Shown: in pieces, positions 12,801 through 26,786 of the stretch
How positions within the stretch are numbered: position 1 is the first letter of the stretch
How the letters are laid out: every line of letters starts with the position of its first letter
Assembly: GCF_000181795.1 (NCBI RefSeq)
Contig: NW_003526941.1
Span: 10,479,068-10,530,317 of the forward strand
DNA from: Trichinella spiralis
Taxonomy: Eukaryota
Length of the DNA: 51,250 nucleotides
Direction: 5' to 3'
Translations under genes and position numbers: made by a program
Notes under the pieces: model-generated
Databases searched by the model: none
Told to the model about the DNA's origin: nothing
The model's input: only the letters and a program-made list of their open reading frames with translations

Positions 12801-15800
12801 GTACTTTTGAAATATGTATTCTTTTATCGTATTCTTTTTTCACTTTATACAATAAGCATTTCCATCACGCATCTTTGGGCGAGAAACTTCAACTTTAACA
12901 GCAACTGAAAACTGAAAATATTAATACAATTAATATTGAATAAGAATAATAGCAAACATCAGGTAATGACTAAATTTGATCAGCTGCTCTGTTGTACTAG
13001 TCGAAGATATTTTTCAATAACCATGTTCTGTTTGTACAACGTAATTACACAAATAGGATTAAGGCCAGTTGCTGTTGTTGGCTCTATTTTTACACATGTA
13101 TACATGTAAGCAAGTTCAACATTGTTTTTTTTAGTTGAAATATTTCAAAATGCTTTCATTTGAAATAAATTTAAATAATGAAAATAAACAAGCAATGAAA
13201 GAACTGAAATAACGCAGTGGGTGTTGAAACTGTTTGCTTGAGGTATTGAAAAAGTGTCTTTTGAAATGATCTTTCTTTTACACTGGTGCTGTACAAATTG
13301 AAATAGCAAAAAATTAAAATGGCTTGACGCTTGACAGATGACACTTTCAGTAGGTCATCCGTGATTGGGCGCTTTTTGTACAGTTTCAATTGCTTCGAAC
13401 AGAAATTCCACGTACAAAAAAGCATTGATTTTGATTGAACGCTCGTCAGATGTCGTCGCATGATAATGAATAAAAATTATAAGAATAACAATGACAAAGG
13501 GAAGAAATAAATGTGCACAGACGCGGATAAAGGCGATGCACGAATACAAGTTCTACAGATCGGATGGTTAACTTTTGTCAATGTTGACATGGCAAGATTT
13601 GTTATCCCAGAAGCCAAGTATCGATTATTTAATCAACAGTCTGTTGTATTAACTGGCCCAGTGTTCACATTACGCTTTCCAAGCGAGTACAATGGCCACC
13701 CAACAGCTACATCAAGCTATTGCTAGCAATGCAGCTGGTCGTTGTCAAGTCGGCTCGATTGTTCCCTGTGGACGGGTCGGCCATTCAGCCATGGACAAGG
13801 CGCATCGCGGTCAACAATGCGTCCATCCTATTAATTCGCAGTCGATTACAAGATAATTTGCGCGTCACACAATCACGGACAAAATGGCCCATAATGGACG
13901 ACTAAAAGCGAAACCAGCTTGTCTCGCGCTGATGCTTTTGTTATCGCACAGAATGGGCCTTGCCGTGCACGCGGCCAGAACCGCTATTGAACACCAGAAA
14001 CCCTGAAATGGTAGCCACTTCCGACAGGTTGACCATTTGGTCCGGTGCTGAAGGCCGCTTGCCGTGAGCCAACTGCTCTTCAGTCAATGATCAGAGTTGA
14101 ATTTTCCACTTCAATCAGCCCGGCTCATTTCCATATTGTTGTTGTATCTACTAAAATTACTATGTCTTTTCTTTATCTCTTCTTTCTCCCCCCCCCCCCA
14201 CTCCCCGCAGTCGTCTCTCTCTTTCAATCTCTTCAACTACATTTAAAAGATTGACTGAATTGAAATCGAACATTCCTACAGTATCATCAATAGTTGAATA
14301 CAATATCATGAATGATGTGTTACAATGGGTGGGCGGCGACAAAATGTTGAAAGCTTCGGCTTAAATGAGGACGCATAGTTGACAAGTTGTCATTAGACAG
14401 TGACGAGTAATTCACACTTTTGTCATGTTGGTCAGCATTAAAACGTCTCAGCCACGCGTCAACCGGACGTGCACATCGATCACAGAATCTCTTCAATAAT
14501 TGATGAATGGCCGCGATAGGCACCGTTGAATGTTAGTCGTGTAAGAAAGACATCATCGACGTGTCGTCGTCAATCACCGGATAGCAATTCCAATCAACGC
14601 TTCTTTGAAAAATCAATGCAAAATTATTGCGTCTCTTTACACAGCAATTAACTATACATACGCATTTATATTTGCATATATATTATAGACATAAATAAAT
14701 ACATGTGCATATACACTCACAAGCGTGAACACACATGCTTAGAAATGTAAACATCTTCTATTCGATAAAAGTGGATCAGTAGCTAACTGAAGTTATCCCC
14801 CTTTTGAATCAATTATTTTCTACTTGGCATTGTTCCGTTTATTTATCACTTCCAATAGTAAAGCGGATTTCTTTTCATTTACCCTGAAGCAATCATTCAG
14901 TGTGCATAAGTGTACATCTGCGTGTGTAGATTGTGCATTTGTGAATCAGAGCCTTGAGTAAGGATTAACCAAACGTGATCGCATTCCGCAAATTTTGTGC
15001 GTCAATCAACGGTCACCGCCCCAAGACGGTCCAGTTGACAGCTACGCTTGGGAAAATGTCGACCGATTATCAAAAGGCAATGCAGCTGGCGTTTAGGCTT
15101 GCGGAAATATTGCCCGGGGACCACTTTAGATCAGAAAGGATCAGGATAAAATCAGCAAAAGATCGAAATCTTAACCCGTGGGAGGGGTCGAATTTCGTTA
15201 ACAGGCTGTTTGCGCTTGTACAACATGAACAAGATGAATATTACAAATTCAAAAAATAATAATAAAACATTTCCTCTTCTTAAATGACTAGAAATTTCTT
15301 GAAATATTTCTAAATAAATAGCAATAATTATTTATAAGAGCGATCGATAATTTTAAATTCCATTTCTACTTTACATAATAGTACAACGAGATAACGTTAC
15401 CTTAAAACATAAATTGATGAAACAAAATGCAGAATCAATACAATATTGTAATTCATGCAAACAAACGAAATATGCAACTGTCAACTGTCAACTAATTAAA
15501 TTAATGTTGAAATATTGCATTACAAAATTATTCAATTGATCTATAAATAAAACATGAATAAATGTTCATCACTAAAATTCATTTCAAACAATCATTCATG
15601 TGCATTTAAAATAGAAAATTGTTCATAATAAAAATGTTGAATATATAGCAATCGCATGAGCATATTTTACTCATTACTACTTCACTAAGTAGTTGTGAAA
15701 GTGGAGACGCTTTGTTGCTTGGAAAAAGAATTAAAGCTAATTGCTTTCCATCTAACGCACTACTTTCATCGAGACAATGTAAAACATCAGAGCCAACGAA

Positions 15801-18800
15801 GTGCTACTGTCCAACAACTAACTTAACTTGTCTTGTTAGTTTAATAGAGCATTACAGATGGTGAATTAAGTTTGTCAATTCTGCATCCAGAAAAAGAGGT
15901 TTCAGCCATTCATGCTTTAATAAGATTATTCTCAAAGAACATTACTGACGATAGGTAAAGACACTTCTGCTGGAAAAGAGTGCCATTTTTATAGGTTTCA
16001 TTCACATTTGTTTGATGTCTGGAAATTTCGTTTCGCTCATTCTTATCCAAAATGAAAATGAGCAAATAACAATAACAAAACAAATCTGATAAAATAATAT
16101 ACGTTAAACTTATATTAAACACTCAGTTGCTTTAGAATGTAAAGTTTTTTGATTGGATTGATTTTTTTTTGCTACATCAGCGCTAACACAATCGACTCAC
16201 TAAAATCAGCACTATCGAAAACACTTTACCGGATGTTCACGTTCCACAGAGGCGACAAACATGACCAATATGACGACTGCTAGCCAAATCCAATAAATTC
16301 GATACCGAATGTTGCTGAAAATACAATTTGTACTTCAGTTTAGTATCAAATGTCTCAGTATTGTCAGATTTGCTGGAAATATGAACTCACGTCTTGACCG
16401 TTGACAAAGCGTTACGCTTGCAGTCATTGATGAATGTGCTCGAGCAGCAGGAGTCAGTTTGGATTTATTAGATTTTAGCTGCTTATCAAAAAATCAAACG
16501 CTCGCCATTCTCCAAACGTTGATAAGCGAATATTTGCATAACAAAGCTACACTTGAAAATGAACATCCAATCTAGCAGTATTGTTTAGTAAAACAAATAA
16601 ACCAGAGATGCTTATTAAAAGCAAAATTCAAATTTGTTTTCTTTTGTCTTTTATTTCAATTTTTAAATAATTTGTGAAAGCCTTTTACAGAATGAAAATA
16701 TTTGAAGTGTTAAAATTTTAAATTTATTCTTGATTACTTCAGATAAAAAGGGTCAATTAGTATAAGCACGATTGCGCAAGCAGCTACTTATTTGTCAGCT
16801 TAATTAAACTTGCACTTGACTCACAGCTTAACTCTACCAATATAGTCGGTCGTCTTAATCGCTCAGCTTAGCCATTTACGATGCAATCATCAATATTACC
16901 AAGCTCACTTGGACAAGAAATGAGCTTTTTGTAGTAGTACATTTGTTGCCGGTTCTTCAACTTCACTTCCTCATTTATATTGTCTTATGAAAAAGGGAAT
17001 CATTATGTACAAAAAATAAAACATAATCAAATAGAAAGCAATTATTAATTGTGTACATGTTAAATTGAATTCTGAGCTTTGTTCGATGCAAGTACAGTTT
17101 GTGAATGCATAAAAATTTGAAATGTTTTTCTTTGTAACAACTTTTGAAAAGATATTTCTGCGTGTAGTACCTTGGTAAATCTGCCGTCAACAAATTAATG
17201 GCTACAATTATGCAAAGTTAGTAGACAATTATCTCGCACTCGTGCTGTTTCAATTGACCGACGAACAAAGTGGTAACAAGGGGAGAAAATTGCTACTCTC
17301 GCAGGTGCCTATTAGCCGCCCGCTTTGCGTGTGGTCGATCTGAAGCCGGCGTCGTATTGTCGCTGGTCACTGAGGCGCTATTGGTACCTCCGCTTGACCA
17401 GACGTTGAACTGACTTCTTGGAGCGAACAGCGCATAACGACGTCAATTATCAATTTCCGTGTGATCATACTGTATTATGATGGTACAGTAATGCAGAGAA
17501 AATTGTTTCGTACAATTTGCCGTTACAGTCATTATCAACACTAGTCAGCAATCTGAAAATGCTATTATTAACTTGACAAGTGATCAGTGGCTTTTGTTCA
17601 AGATGAAGAAGATGATGAAAAAAAACGTGCTAAAGATTGTTTGCTCGAATTGTGATTTCAATAGACCACGCCAACGACCCCCAAAAGAAAGCAGTACAGT
17701 GCAGTCGCGTGACAAAACAAATCACAATCAAACCAGCTCTTGTCATATTAAAAACGTTCAACCCTTGAGATGAGCACTTAGTGCGGCTGTCTCATTGTCA
17801 CCAATTGTGCTTCTTTCCGTCGTTGCCAGAGGCCAAATGATGCATTTAGCTGAGGCCAGCCGTGGCTAGCATGTCCGAAATGATAATGTCATTGAATAAT
17901 TTGACAAGCTGAATGATTTTCTCTGCCCACAACTAGCGCTTCGTAACAACATTATAACATTCCAAGGGAAAAAGTCAAACAAAAACTCAAATATTAATTT
18001 CAACCAGGAAAATTTTTACTTCCCAATAGAAAACAGAACAAAAACAGTTTCTTGTTCTTTTTTAAATTCATTTCAAATAAGAAGAGAAAAAACATCCCAC
18101 TTTACTGAAACTGCTTTTGAAAAAGTTACCAAAAATTGACTAGCTGATGTTAGTCGGTAGTAGTTGCTGGAATAGCTAGCTGATGAAAACTGCCCGAAAG
18201 CCAAGTTTACTGCCGGTGAATGTGAACTGGTTGGTTGTTCAGTGAAACGAAATGAAAAAATAACGATACGACAAGTGCAAACAAATGCAGATACTTCTGA
18301 TGCTAGAAAGCAGAAAAACAGTGCATTTTTGCAGAGAACATTAAAGTGCAAATATTTTCAAAGTGTCTATTTTAAAGTTTTTATTTAAAAAAGACATTTG
18401 GTTGTTGTCACACGCGATAGTTGTCATTAGAAATAATTGATATGTGAAGTTATTTTTTTTAATAAAATGAATGAGTTTTTGATCATCTGTTTTTCTGTAG
18501 TTAGATGTTGGTTCAGTGAATTTTCACAAAGCGCTACTTAGCCATGATAGTTGACCAGGTATATACTTGCGTGCGCTTCACCAAGTCTCGTATTAGCGGG
18601 CAGGAAGCAACTTCAGCTCACCGCATCCGAATCGAAGCTAGCTCATGCACGACTAGCTTGAATCAATTGCCAAATTTGCACTGCCCACTGTGGAAATAAT
18701 CCATTTTGTTATTATTATTATTATTGTTATTAGAATTATGCTGGTGCGACTTGGTCATCACGCTGATTTCCTGAACTTCAGCTAGTCATTGACATGACAC

Positions 18801-20378
18801 ACCTCTGCAACAGCCTTACTGTAGTTGTTGTCATCGTGCTTCCGATACTGGCTGCGACGACACGGTAAAGAAATACAGCACTCCGTGCAACTACAATACA
18901 ACGAATGTTGAAAAGGGAAACGGAAAAAATGCAATAATTCATCAGATTTGTTAGTTGATTTTATTCGAATTGAAGGCAAAAAATGTATTATCAGAATAAA
19001 ATTTAATTGAGTAGTGCAGTTGTTTAATTCATTTTATAAGATGTTTGTTCAGCAAAATTGAAAGCTTCAATTATGGACATGATAGAAAAAATCATTGGCA
19101 AAACTATTTTGCACAAAATCCAATACCGGGAGGGTAACATGTCGTGACACGTAGTCTTCAGTGCTACATGTCACAACGGAAGGTTAACGAACGATTTTCA
19201 TAGAGAGAAAGGAGGAAAATGAAAAAAAATTAAAAATAATTAAAACAAAAAAGAAACAGTTCAGTATTTTTTTCTCAGATAAATCGTCTCCGTTTTGACA
19301 TACCATTTTCTTAGGGTGTTCGATTCGAACAACGTTTAGAGCCATCATGCAAATTGTCATTTCCCGTGGTTTGCTTGCAATCATGAGGTTTTCATGCCAA
19401 AGTGATTCTGCGAAAGTTATGCAATAAATAATACAAGCGCAACTGCACTACATCAAAAGAAAGACGAACAACAATGGAGAAAGAATGGAAGAAAACGTTG
19501 ATTCATTTGTTCTGTTCAACTGTGAAGAGCAGTTTTATTTCGACAGTTTTCGACCAAAAAGTCGAATTGAATTTTGAAAATTTGTGTTGTTATAAAATTC
19601 ATCCGTTAAGGAAAACTTAAAACTTCCATCTCGGAAAACGAGACTAATCAACACAAGCTATCTGCAAGCTGAGCTCGAGTAGTTGAAAGTGGAATTGTAA
19701 ACAAAGCAACAAAGTAGCAATGGATGCAGTGATGCAGCTAATTGAAATAGGACGCACAAAATTTCTGCGTAAAAATTTCTTTCCAGTAGAGAAATTTTAT
19801 TCCATTTTCAAAATGGAGTCAATATCAGATCGGCTTCAGCATTGGCATTGGCAACCTGATCGACGATGTATCACTGGGTGATCACGTGTCGATTGTGTTG
19901 TGCTGGCTTCAACAGTTCTGCACCGGTGGGGCGCTGATTCGGCTTGCATTTTCGCCCCGGGGGTTCTGCTCGAAGCCAACAAAAGGACCCTGCTTCGATC
20001 GAAATCAACCTCTCTATTCTGATCTTGTCGATGAAAAAGAGCCACCGTCATCGAATCAACAACAAACGTCGATGGAAAAATAAGTTTCACTGATCAAAGC
20101 GGAATGATCAAATTGAAAAAAAGAACATTTATTGTCGAAAAAAAGAAAAAGAAAACGTGAAATTATAAAATATTAAAATAAATTTCCATTGTTTTATGCA
20201 ATGGATGAGCGTCAAGTACAGCTGAATGTATAAAATGACTGTTGAAAATGAACAAAAAACAATTAGCAAATGAACAGCATCCAAATCAAATAAATATTCA
20301 AGGTAAGAAAAAGTTTACTTAATAATAATAATAATAAGAATATGCTATAATAGATCATAGCACTCACTTTTTTTACAA

Positions 20379-20412
<34 letters not shown>

Positions 20413-20717
20413 GAGTAATAGCAATTAATTAATGATGATGGATCGTCATTAATTAAGAAATAAACAAACGCTTGATGAAATAAGCAGAAAAGAAGAGAAT
20501 ACTTTTTTTTGTACTTTTTAAAATTGAATCTTAGTATCATGAAAAGGATAAACGGTTGCTGTTGAAATAACGTGATTGAGTTAAATTGTAAATAATCGCA
20601 TGCAGTTTGCAGTGGTGAAAAAGCTTTTGAACCGCGTCTAAAGTTTAGCTTAGTAGCTTACTTATGAAAAGCACCCACCGGAACTTCAGCGGTGTGCCTG
20701 AAGCATAAATCACATTC

Positions 20718-21711
20718 CTACAGTCGGACATTGGCGGTGTTTGGACTGGCTTTTGACCGCCTTTTCGACTCCATTGCTGGTGCTTGTTCAGATTTGTTGG
20801 GCTTTTTTGCTGGGGTTTCAGTCTCATCGTCAGAAATTGGCCTTGCTTCATCACTATCTGAACCGTCATCATCAGCACCAGTCGATTCGAACATTGCTTC
20901 GTCATCGTCATCATCGAAATCGTCTTCTTCATCTGAAGGCGTTCCAACTTTGTGAGCGTCGAGACGTTTTCCATCTGATTGTTGTTGTATTAGTTGCATT
21001 CTTTAAATAGATACGTGGAATTCAATCAATAATGATTGGATTTTTTCACATATGAAAAGAATACCTGTTTTTCACAGCAGCTGCTCGATCCCGTTGTCGA
21101 CGATTTTTGAACCAATTACCAACTTGTGTAGGAGTCAAACCAGTGGCTTGTGCTAATTCACGTTTCTTGGTCGGATTGGGATATGGATCTTGTAAGTACC
21201 ATTCTCGCAACAAGCTCCGGGTGCGCTCTTTGAAACAATGGGTTTTCTGTTCACCATCCCAAATCGTTCTCGGCATCGGGAACTTCTTGCGCACGCGGTA
21301 CTTGTCTACCGGACCCAACGGCCGTCCGCGAAGTTTCGCCGCTTCTTGGTAATGAGCTTCCAGCCACATTGCTTGCAATTTCGCGTGCGAACCTTTGGCA
21401 AATCGGTTGCTTTCCAAAATGTGATACAGTTCGCGAAAGTTGCTCATGTGAAAAGCGACCAAAGCGCGGGCGCGTAGTACGGCTTCGTTTTTGTTCAGTT
21501 CCAAAAAATTCGGGTGCGCCACTGGCAACGACCACAGAAAACGAGCGAGGCGTTCCACGTCACCACTTTCTTCCAAAGTTTCACAAACGCTGGCCACTTG
21601 TTCGCTGCTGAAGCTGAGCATCGGTACTGGCGGAACCGGAGGGAAGAAAGCAGCCGCCGGTGCTGGAAAAGCGGCGAACGCACCCGACGCTGTTCTCAAC
21701 GGCACCCACAT
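20718..21711 (-). CDS. six3/6: SIX-class homeobox transcription factor, Six3/6 (optix/ceh-32) subfamily; complement(join(20718..21000,21065..21711)), 309 aa
   Basis: SIX domain ([30 protein letters not shown]...[13 protein letters not shown]) followed by a homeodomain starting [12 protein letters not shown], where QKTH is diagnostic of Six3/6, with WFKNRRQR (K50). A phase-2 intron joins KNR to MQLIQQQ and an acidic tail. A probable 5' leader intron spans 21752-21803. Confidence 0.96.
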
Positions 21712-22039
21712 GGCCGGTGCCAGTGGCCTTTGTCCAAATAAACCGTCCAGACTGAAGTTCACAAATTAACACACATAATTAATAAATTAATAAGCATTCA
21801 TACTTTATTTGTTGATATTCTTCTTTTGTGACAAAGTTGTTGTTGTTGTTGTTGATAATGATGAAAAATTTTCAACTAATAGTAATCGTATCAGAGGCGG
21901 CGGCGGCAGTAGCAGCAGCAATAGTAAAGTAGTAGTAGTCGGGAAAATATTCACCATCAGAAAATATCAGCCGGCCTGGCCGGTCCAAGTCAATATAGTG
22001 CCAGTAGCAGAAACTAGGGGAGGAGCTCGATGGCGTCTA

Positions 22040-22340
22040 AGTGTCAAAATATGTTAGTGGTACGACAAGAGGTCAATAAATCGAGTGCGTTCACTGGTCG
22101 GTTTCGCGTTCGCGAGTTGAATTTGATTGGTCAATTGAATGTTTGCTTATTGCTCACGATCTGACCGCCCAGCAACGTACGGATTAAGCCTGCGCTCCCG
22201 GCGGCCGACTGATGCCATCGTTGCTTTTAATAATCATTGTGCGAAATCAAAAAGCTATTTTCCAATCCGCAGACAGGTTTCTGAATATGGCTTTTAAAAA
22301 ATTAGGCTCTCAATTAGTGACCAAGGTCAACAAGTACAAA
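22040..22340 (-). promoter_or_regulatory. Putative proximal promoter/enhancer of six3/6
   Basis: CpG-rich island with no convincing ORF directly upstream of the six3/6 leader. Contains a CCAAT box (GATTGG ~22125) and a K50-homeodomain site GGATTA at 22181-22186. Inferred from position and composition only. Confidence 0.4.
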
Positions 22341-25174
22341 TAATATCGACACATTTCACATTTATATTATATTATATTACATATACAAATAATAAATCAT
22401 ATTTTGAAAGAGAACAACAATATTTATTTATTTATTTATTCTACAATACATTTAAAGTGTGAATAATTTCAGAAATGGAAAAATTTTTTTTCTCAAATTT
22501 ATAAATTTCACAAACCATTGTATTGATGATTGATGACGGATCAAACTTTTAAAATAGACTAACCACTGATTTGGGGATTTGACAAACGGTCAGCTAGCTA
22601 ATGGTAAATGAAGTTTAAAGTTGCTGTGATGCAACGTGATGAAAGCTATATAAAATTGACGGCGATCTGGTTGGCTGATGACGACTAACTAAATCTAATC
22701 CACTGTCCAATAGATTAGGTCGCATCTTCAGGCTATTATGCAACGCGAACGGGATAAATTGACTCAACTGCTAGCTTGCACTAATAAGTTAATGGGGTTC
22801 GGTTAGCCAATGACATCAAGCCTCTTTTAAGTATAAAGTGTCGCCATGATCGCTTACTGGTGATACATGGCAGATCGTTTCCACAGTTGTATGAACGAAT
22901 CACATCACTATTCAATATACATTTAAAATAACTTATTTTTTCTTGATTAAACATCAAAAAATTAATATTGGAACATCTTCTTCAGTGTAATAACTGGAAT
23001 CACAAAGTAATTTTAGAGATATAAATACCGCACAAATACAAATAAATATACATAAGTAAATCGCATTAAAATTATTCAACCAATAAAATTGATTACTTAC
23101 TGTAAAAGTTGACAACCATTAAACAAACTAGTAAAATTAATTGAAAAATTACACCACATTAGCGATTGGTGTGAACTGAAAATAAATTCACATGCACAGT
23201 TTATTGAGGTTTCACAAATTTAAAACACATTATATCTTTAAAAGAATTTTTTCTAAAGAAATACAAAAAGCAAATAATAAGTGATGAACTTTTGCTTTCA
23301 AAACGTTGAAATGAACAACAGCCAAGTTTAAAGATGAAATAGAAATGTCATGCGCTTACCACCACATTGTTCAGGTAGGTATTATGCGTTTGTTGGATAT
23401 GTTACTTGTTTTTACTCACGAATGCGCTTTTTTTAAGCATCTTCTTTCCACTCTATTGGAAAACACATCCTATTAGCAAATTGTTGTTGTTGTTGTTGTT
23501 GATGATCATTTCAGTTTATTTCAATATATGCGGTGAATTGAAATGGAAATAAATGACGACAAGTTGACATCTATTGAATGAAAAATAAGAAAAGTATCCA
23601 GTGTTAACTATCCAATTTTTTTTGAATAGTGCAATAAATAATGAAGTTGAACTGAGGCCAATAGAAGAAAATGAACAAGAAAAAAGAGAAAAGAAAAAGA
23701 AATCCAGCTGAGAGGATCTTTTGCAAATAAGAAATGAAAAAAGACTGAAAATAAAAGAATACCCAGCGATCACCCCCTCTAGACGCCCACGCGTTACCGA
23801 ACGTGGGCCATTAAGCGGCGCTAATCCGTGCTGCTGTTAGCTGATAGGACAGCAACCGTCTGGCCGCATTGACCGCGATCATTCACTCGAAAACAATAGC
23901 CGAAATCCAATCGCTCGACCCGACCGTGTTCACAAACACTGTCCGCTGGTGACAAGAGGAGGTGCCGGATAATTTGTACAGTAATTAGCTGGGAGGGGCT
24001 CGTGAACGGGTCGTTCGTCTGGCGATTGTTCCTCACGGCTAGTGTCCATTCAAATACAGTCAATTCAGTCCGCCTGCCGTTCACCTCCGCTACAATGGAT
24101 CGCTTGACATACATACCACAACGCCTGGCGTCCGTCTACCACGCGCAGGCGACGCGTGGTCAAATTATACACTTACCTCATCGAGCATCCCATCTGGGAT
24201 ACTACTTTCTTTCCTGGATTTATCTAAATTTTCAATCTTCGATTGTTCTTTTTTTTCTTGTTCTTTGCTAATTATTATTATTTTTTCTTATTGCAACCAT
24301 AAAACGATCAATGTCGACAATCTGTCGTTGATCAAGCCGCATTGTGATCACGCACTCCAAATGCCACTTGAGTGTGTTAAGCAATTTTCTGGTCATTTCT
24401 CTCTTCTCTCTTTCTAAAAGTTTGTGCTCATTTTCGCTATTTATTTCACTTCATTCTTATGCTTCTTTGCTCGCTTTAAGTTCTGATCATTTTGCTTCAA
24501 CATTCGCCTGTCATTTTGCTCATTGTGACGGAAAAGCCGGTCGTGAGCTGTTTGCACGTCACGCCGAAAGACAAGCTGACGGCGTAGGAATTTCTACTAG
24601 GCCGAGGATAATCCGACGCCTCGAAGAGCCACTCAGCTTCCGTGCTAGTTCGATGCTAGTTGCCATTAAGCAAACACACAGGCTGTGGAGAAAATGGAAA
24701 CAGACACTGATCTCTGAGTTCCACTGTTTGCATGATCATTGCTTTTCATATTCATTTACTTTGCAAGCAACTGTTCTCCTCCTTTTTGTGTTCACCTGCA
24801 GCTTCTTCTTTTACTTGATGACAACTTTTCACACACAGACAAGCTAAGAAGCTGCTTGCTTGCTTGCTTGCTTCTTCGTTTTCTTCACTAGACAACGAAA
24901 AGCCGACCTGGTAAACTGAAGAACCAGTCTCTGCACCCTCCCACATCAGGTCAGACAAGCGAGTCAAGTGGGCGCGGTGTCATCCATGTTGTTCATAAAG
25001 AAAAGCAATGACAGAAAAAAAATAAACAAGCAAATAAATAAATAAATAAATAAACAGAAGAAAAGATAATGCACTAAAATACAGAAATTGTAGAAAGTTG
25101 AGCAAAAGCTTCCTTCCGGCTAGCATCATTGTATGAAACTAGTTGACATTTTGACAACTTTGCACACTACAACA

Positions 25175-25177
<3 letters not shown>

Positions 25178-25206
<29 letters not shown>
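25178..25206. repeat. (AT)n microsatellite
   Basis: Perfect AT dinucleotide run. Confidence 0.95.
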
Positions 25207-25208
<2 letters not shown>

Positions 25209-26707
25209 TAAGTAAATTTTAAATGAATAAATGTCAAGTATCAATCATGATTTATTAAAAATAGTTTTATATAATTCATTCTCAAATCAGTATGATAAAT
25301 GTAATTTGCTTTTTTTGACTATATGTATCATAAAATTGAAATTTAATTGAAACAAATGGAAGATAAGAAAGCAGCGTATTTTTCATATGAATAAGCATAG
25401 TAAATAAATTGTTGTTGTTGTTGTTGTTGTTGTTTTTGACTGCATCACGGATTGAAATGAGTGAAAATGTGATGCGGTCAAAATCTGTTTGGCAAAGTGA
25501 ATTGGTCATTAAGCATTAACAGAGGCTGCTTTGAAATGCAATCACAGCTTGGTTGTTTCCCGACATGCTATCAAACAAGTCACAAGTGTTCTATCCAGTT
25601 TTGACAAATTGTTCAACACTAAACGCTGTTGTTGTTATTGTTGTTGATGCCGTTGTCAAAAATATGAAAATTGAATAACTAAGCTGCATCATATTGTTTT
25701 GTACTTGGTATTGGATTAAATGAAATTAATCATATTAATAAATCTAGTGATTTTTTCTGTTCTTTTTTTTGAATAACTTGCATCAATCACCACTACACAT
25801 GGGCGGGTGAACTTTTTCTCGAAACAGGGAAGGAAAAATTTGCCATTGTTGTTCATCATGCCGTAAATTGGCCTTGTACTTCATAAAAGAGATTGTAAAA
25901 AAAGAAAAGCAAAAAATATTGCATCTAGTAGTTATCCAATTTGCAATGCAATGGGAGGTGAAATGTGAAAATGACTTTTGTCCAAAAGTATTGGTGCAAA
26001 CTGACCAATTTCCTGGAACAGACCACCATGGGAACTTGAGTGCAAAACGGAAACGATAATCGGTCAACGGGTTGTGCTTAATTGCAATCACTCGGACAAT
26101 GGTCAGTTGGTTTGTTAAAGCGTGTCGGGTTCAGGCCAATCGGAAACGAACCGCAATCACGCTTTCCATTCATCCAATTAAAGCTGTTGGTTGGCACAAC
26201 AATACGGTCGCCGGCATGAAATTATTCATTAACGACCGTTGGTTCCAAAATCAGTTGGAACTTGGAAAATTCGATGGACATCTTTTTCACTTTCTTCACT
26301 TAGGTTGGTTCTGGTAGAATCATTGCACAAACGGAAAATCATCTTCAAATGGACATACGAGTTAATTTGTATAGCTTGAAAGCTTCGTCTAAGATGGTTA
26401 GCTGAAGCTGAGATGAATTGAAAGGCGACAACTCTGTCACTTAATTCGACCATATTTAAAGTCGAACAGGCGCGCCAATTATCATAATGACCAACAACGG
26501 ATCGGTCGGCAAATTGAAAGCAGCCTCGATACAGAGATTAAACGCCTTTCACCGTTTCGCACCACTTCATCAAAAAGAATTAATCGTCACAATAATAATA
26601 ACAATAATTGATCAATGATTCTGATGACGCTTTTTGTTGATAGGCTAAATTGAGAGACGATTTGTGGAACAAAGCGAATAAAAGGTGTGTTGTTGATGTG
26701 GTGAAAA

Positions 26708-26786
26708 TTATGCAAAAATTGTTAGAACAGAAGAAGAAAAAGCTGACAAGTCCTGAGGGATTGGTAGATGAACAATTTTTGCATAA
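26708..26786. repeat. Perfect 16-bp inverted repeat with a 47-nt spacer
   Basis: TTATGCAAAAATTGTT (26708-26723) is the exact reverse complement of AACAATTTTTGCATAA (26771-26786). Confidence 0.85.

Noticed and set aside
19836..20090. Extra coding exon of six3/6
   Set aside because: The six3/6 frame stops at 20718 with no convincing donor before it. At most this is a non-coding 3' exon or an enhancer.
21046..21762. Six1/2 or Six4/5 identity, and the GTG start from the ORF track
   Set aside because: The homeodomain tetrapeptide is QKTH, not ETSY or ETVY. The GTG lies within a probable intron; the first ATG is at 21711.
21107..21772. Overlapping alternative-frame and antisense ORFs over six3/6 (likewise over 4399-4834, 38128-39501 and 48466-49023)
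   Set aside because: Shadow ORFs of GC-rich or low-complexity coding exons, with no independent motifs.
24344..24847. 167-aa plus-strand ORF upstream of six3/6
   Set aside because: GTG start, Phe/Leu/Ser bias from T-rich DNA and no motif; more likely non-coding.
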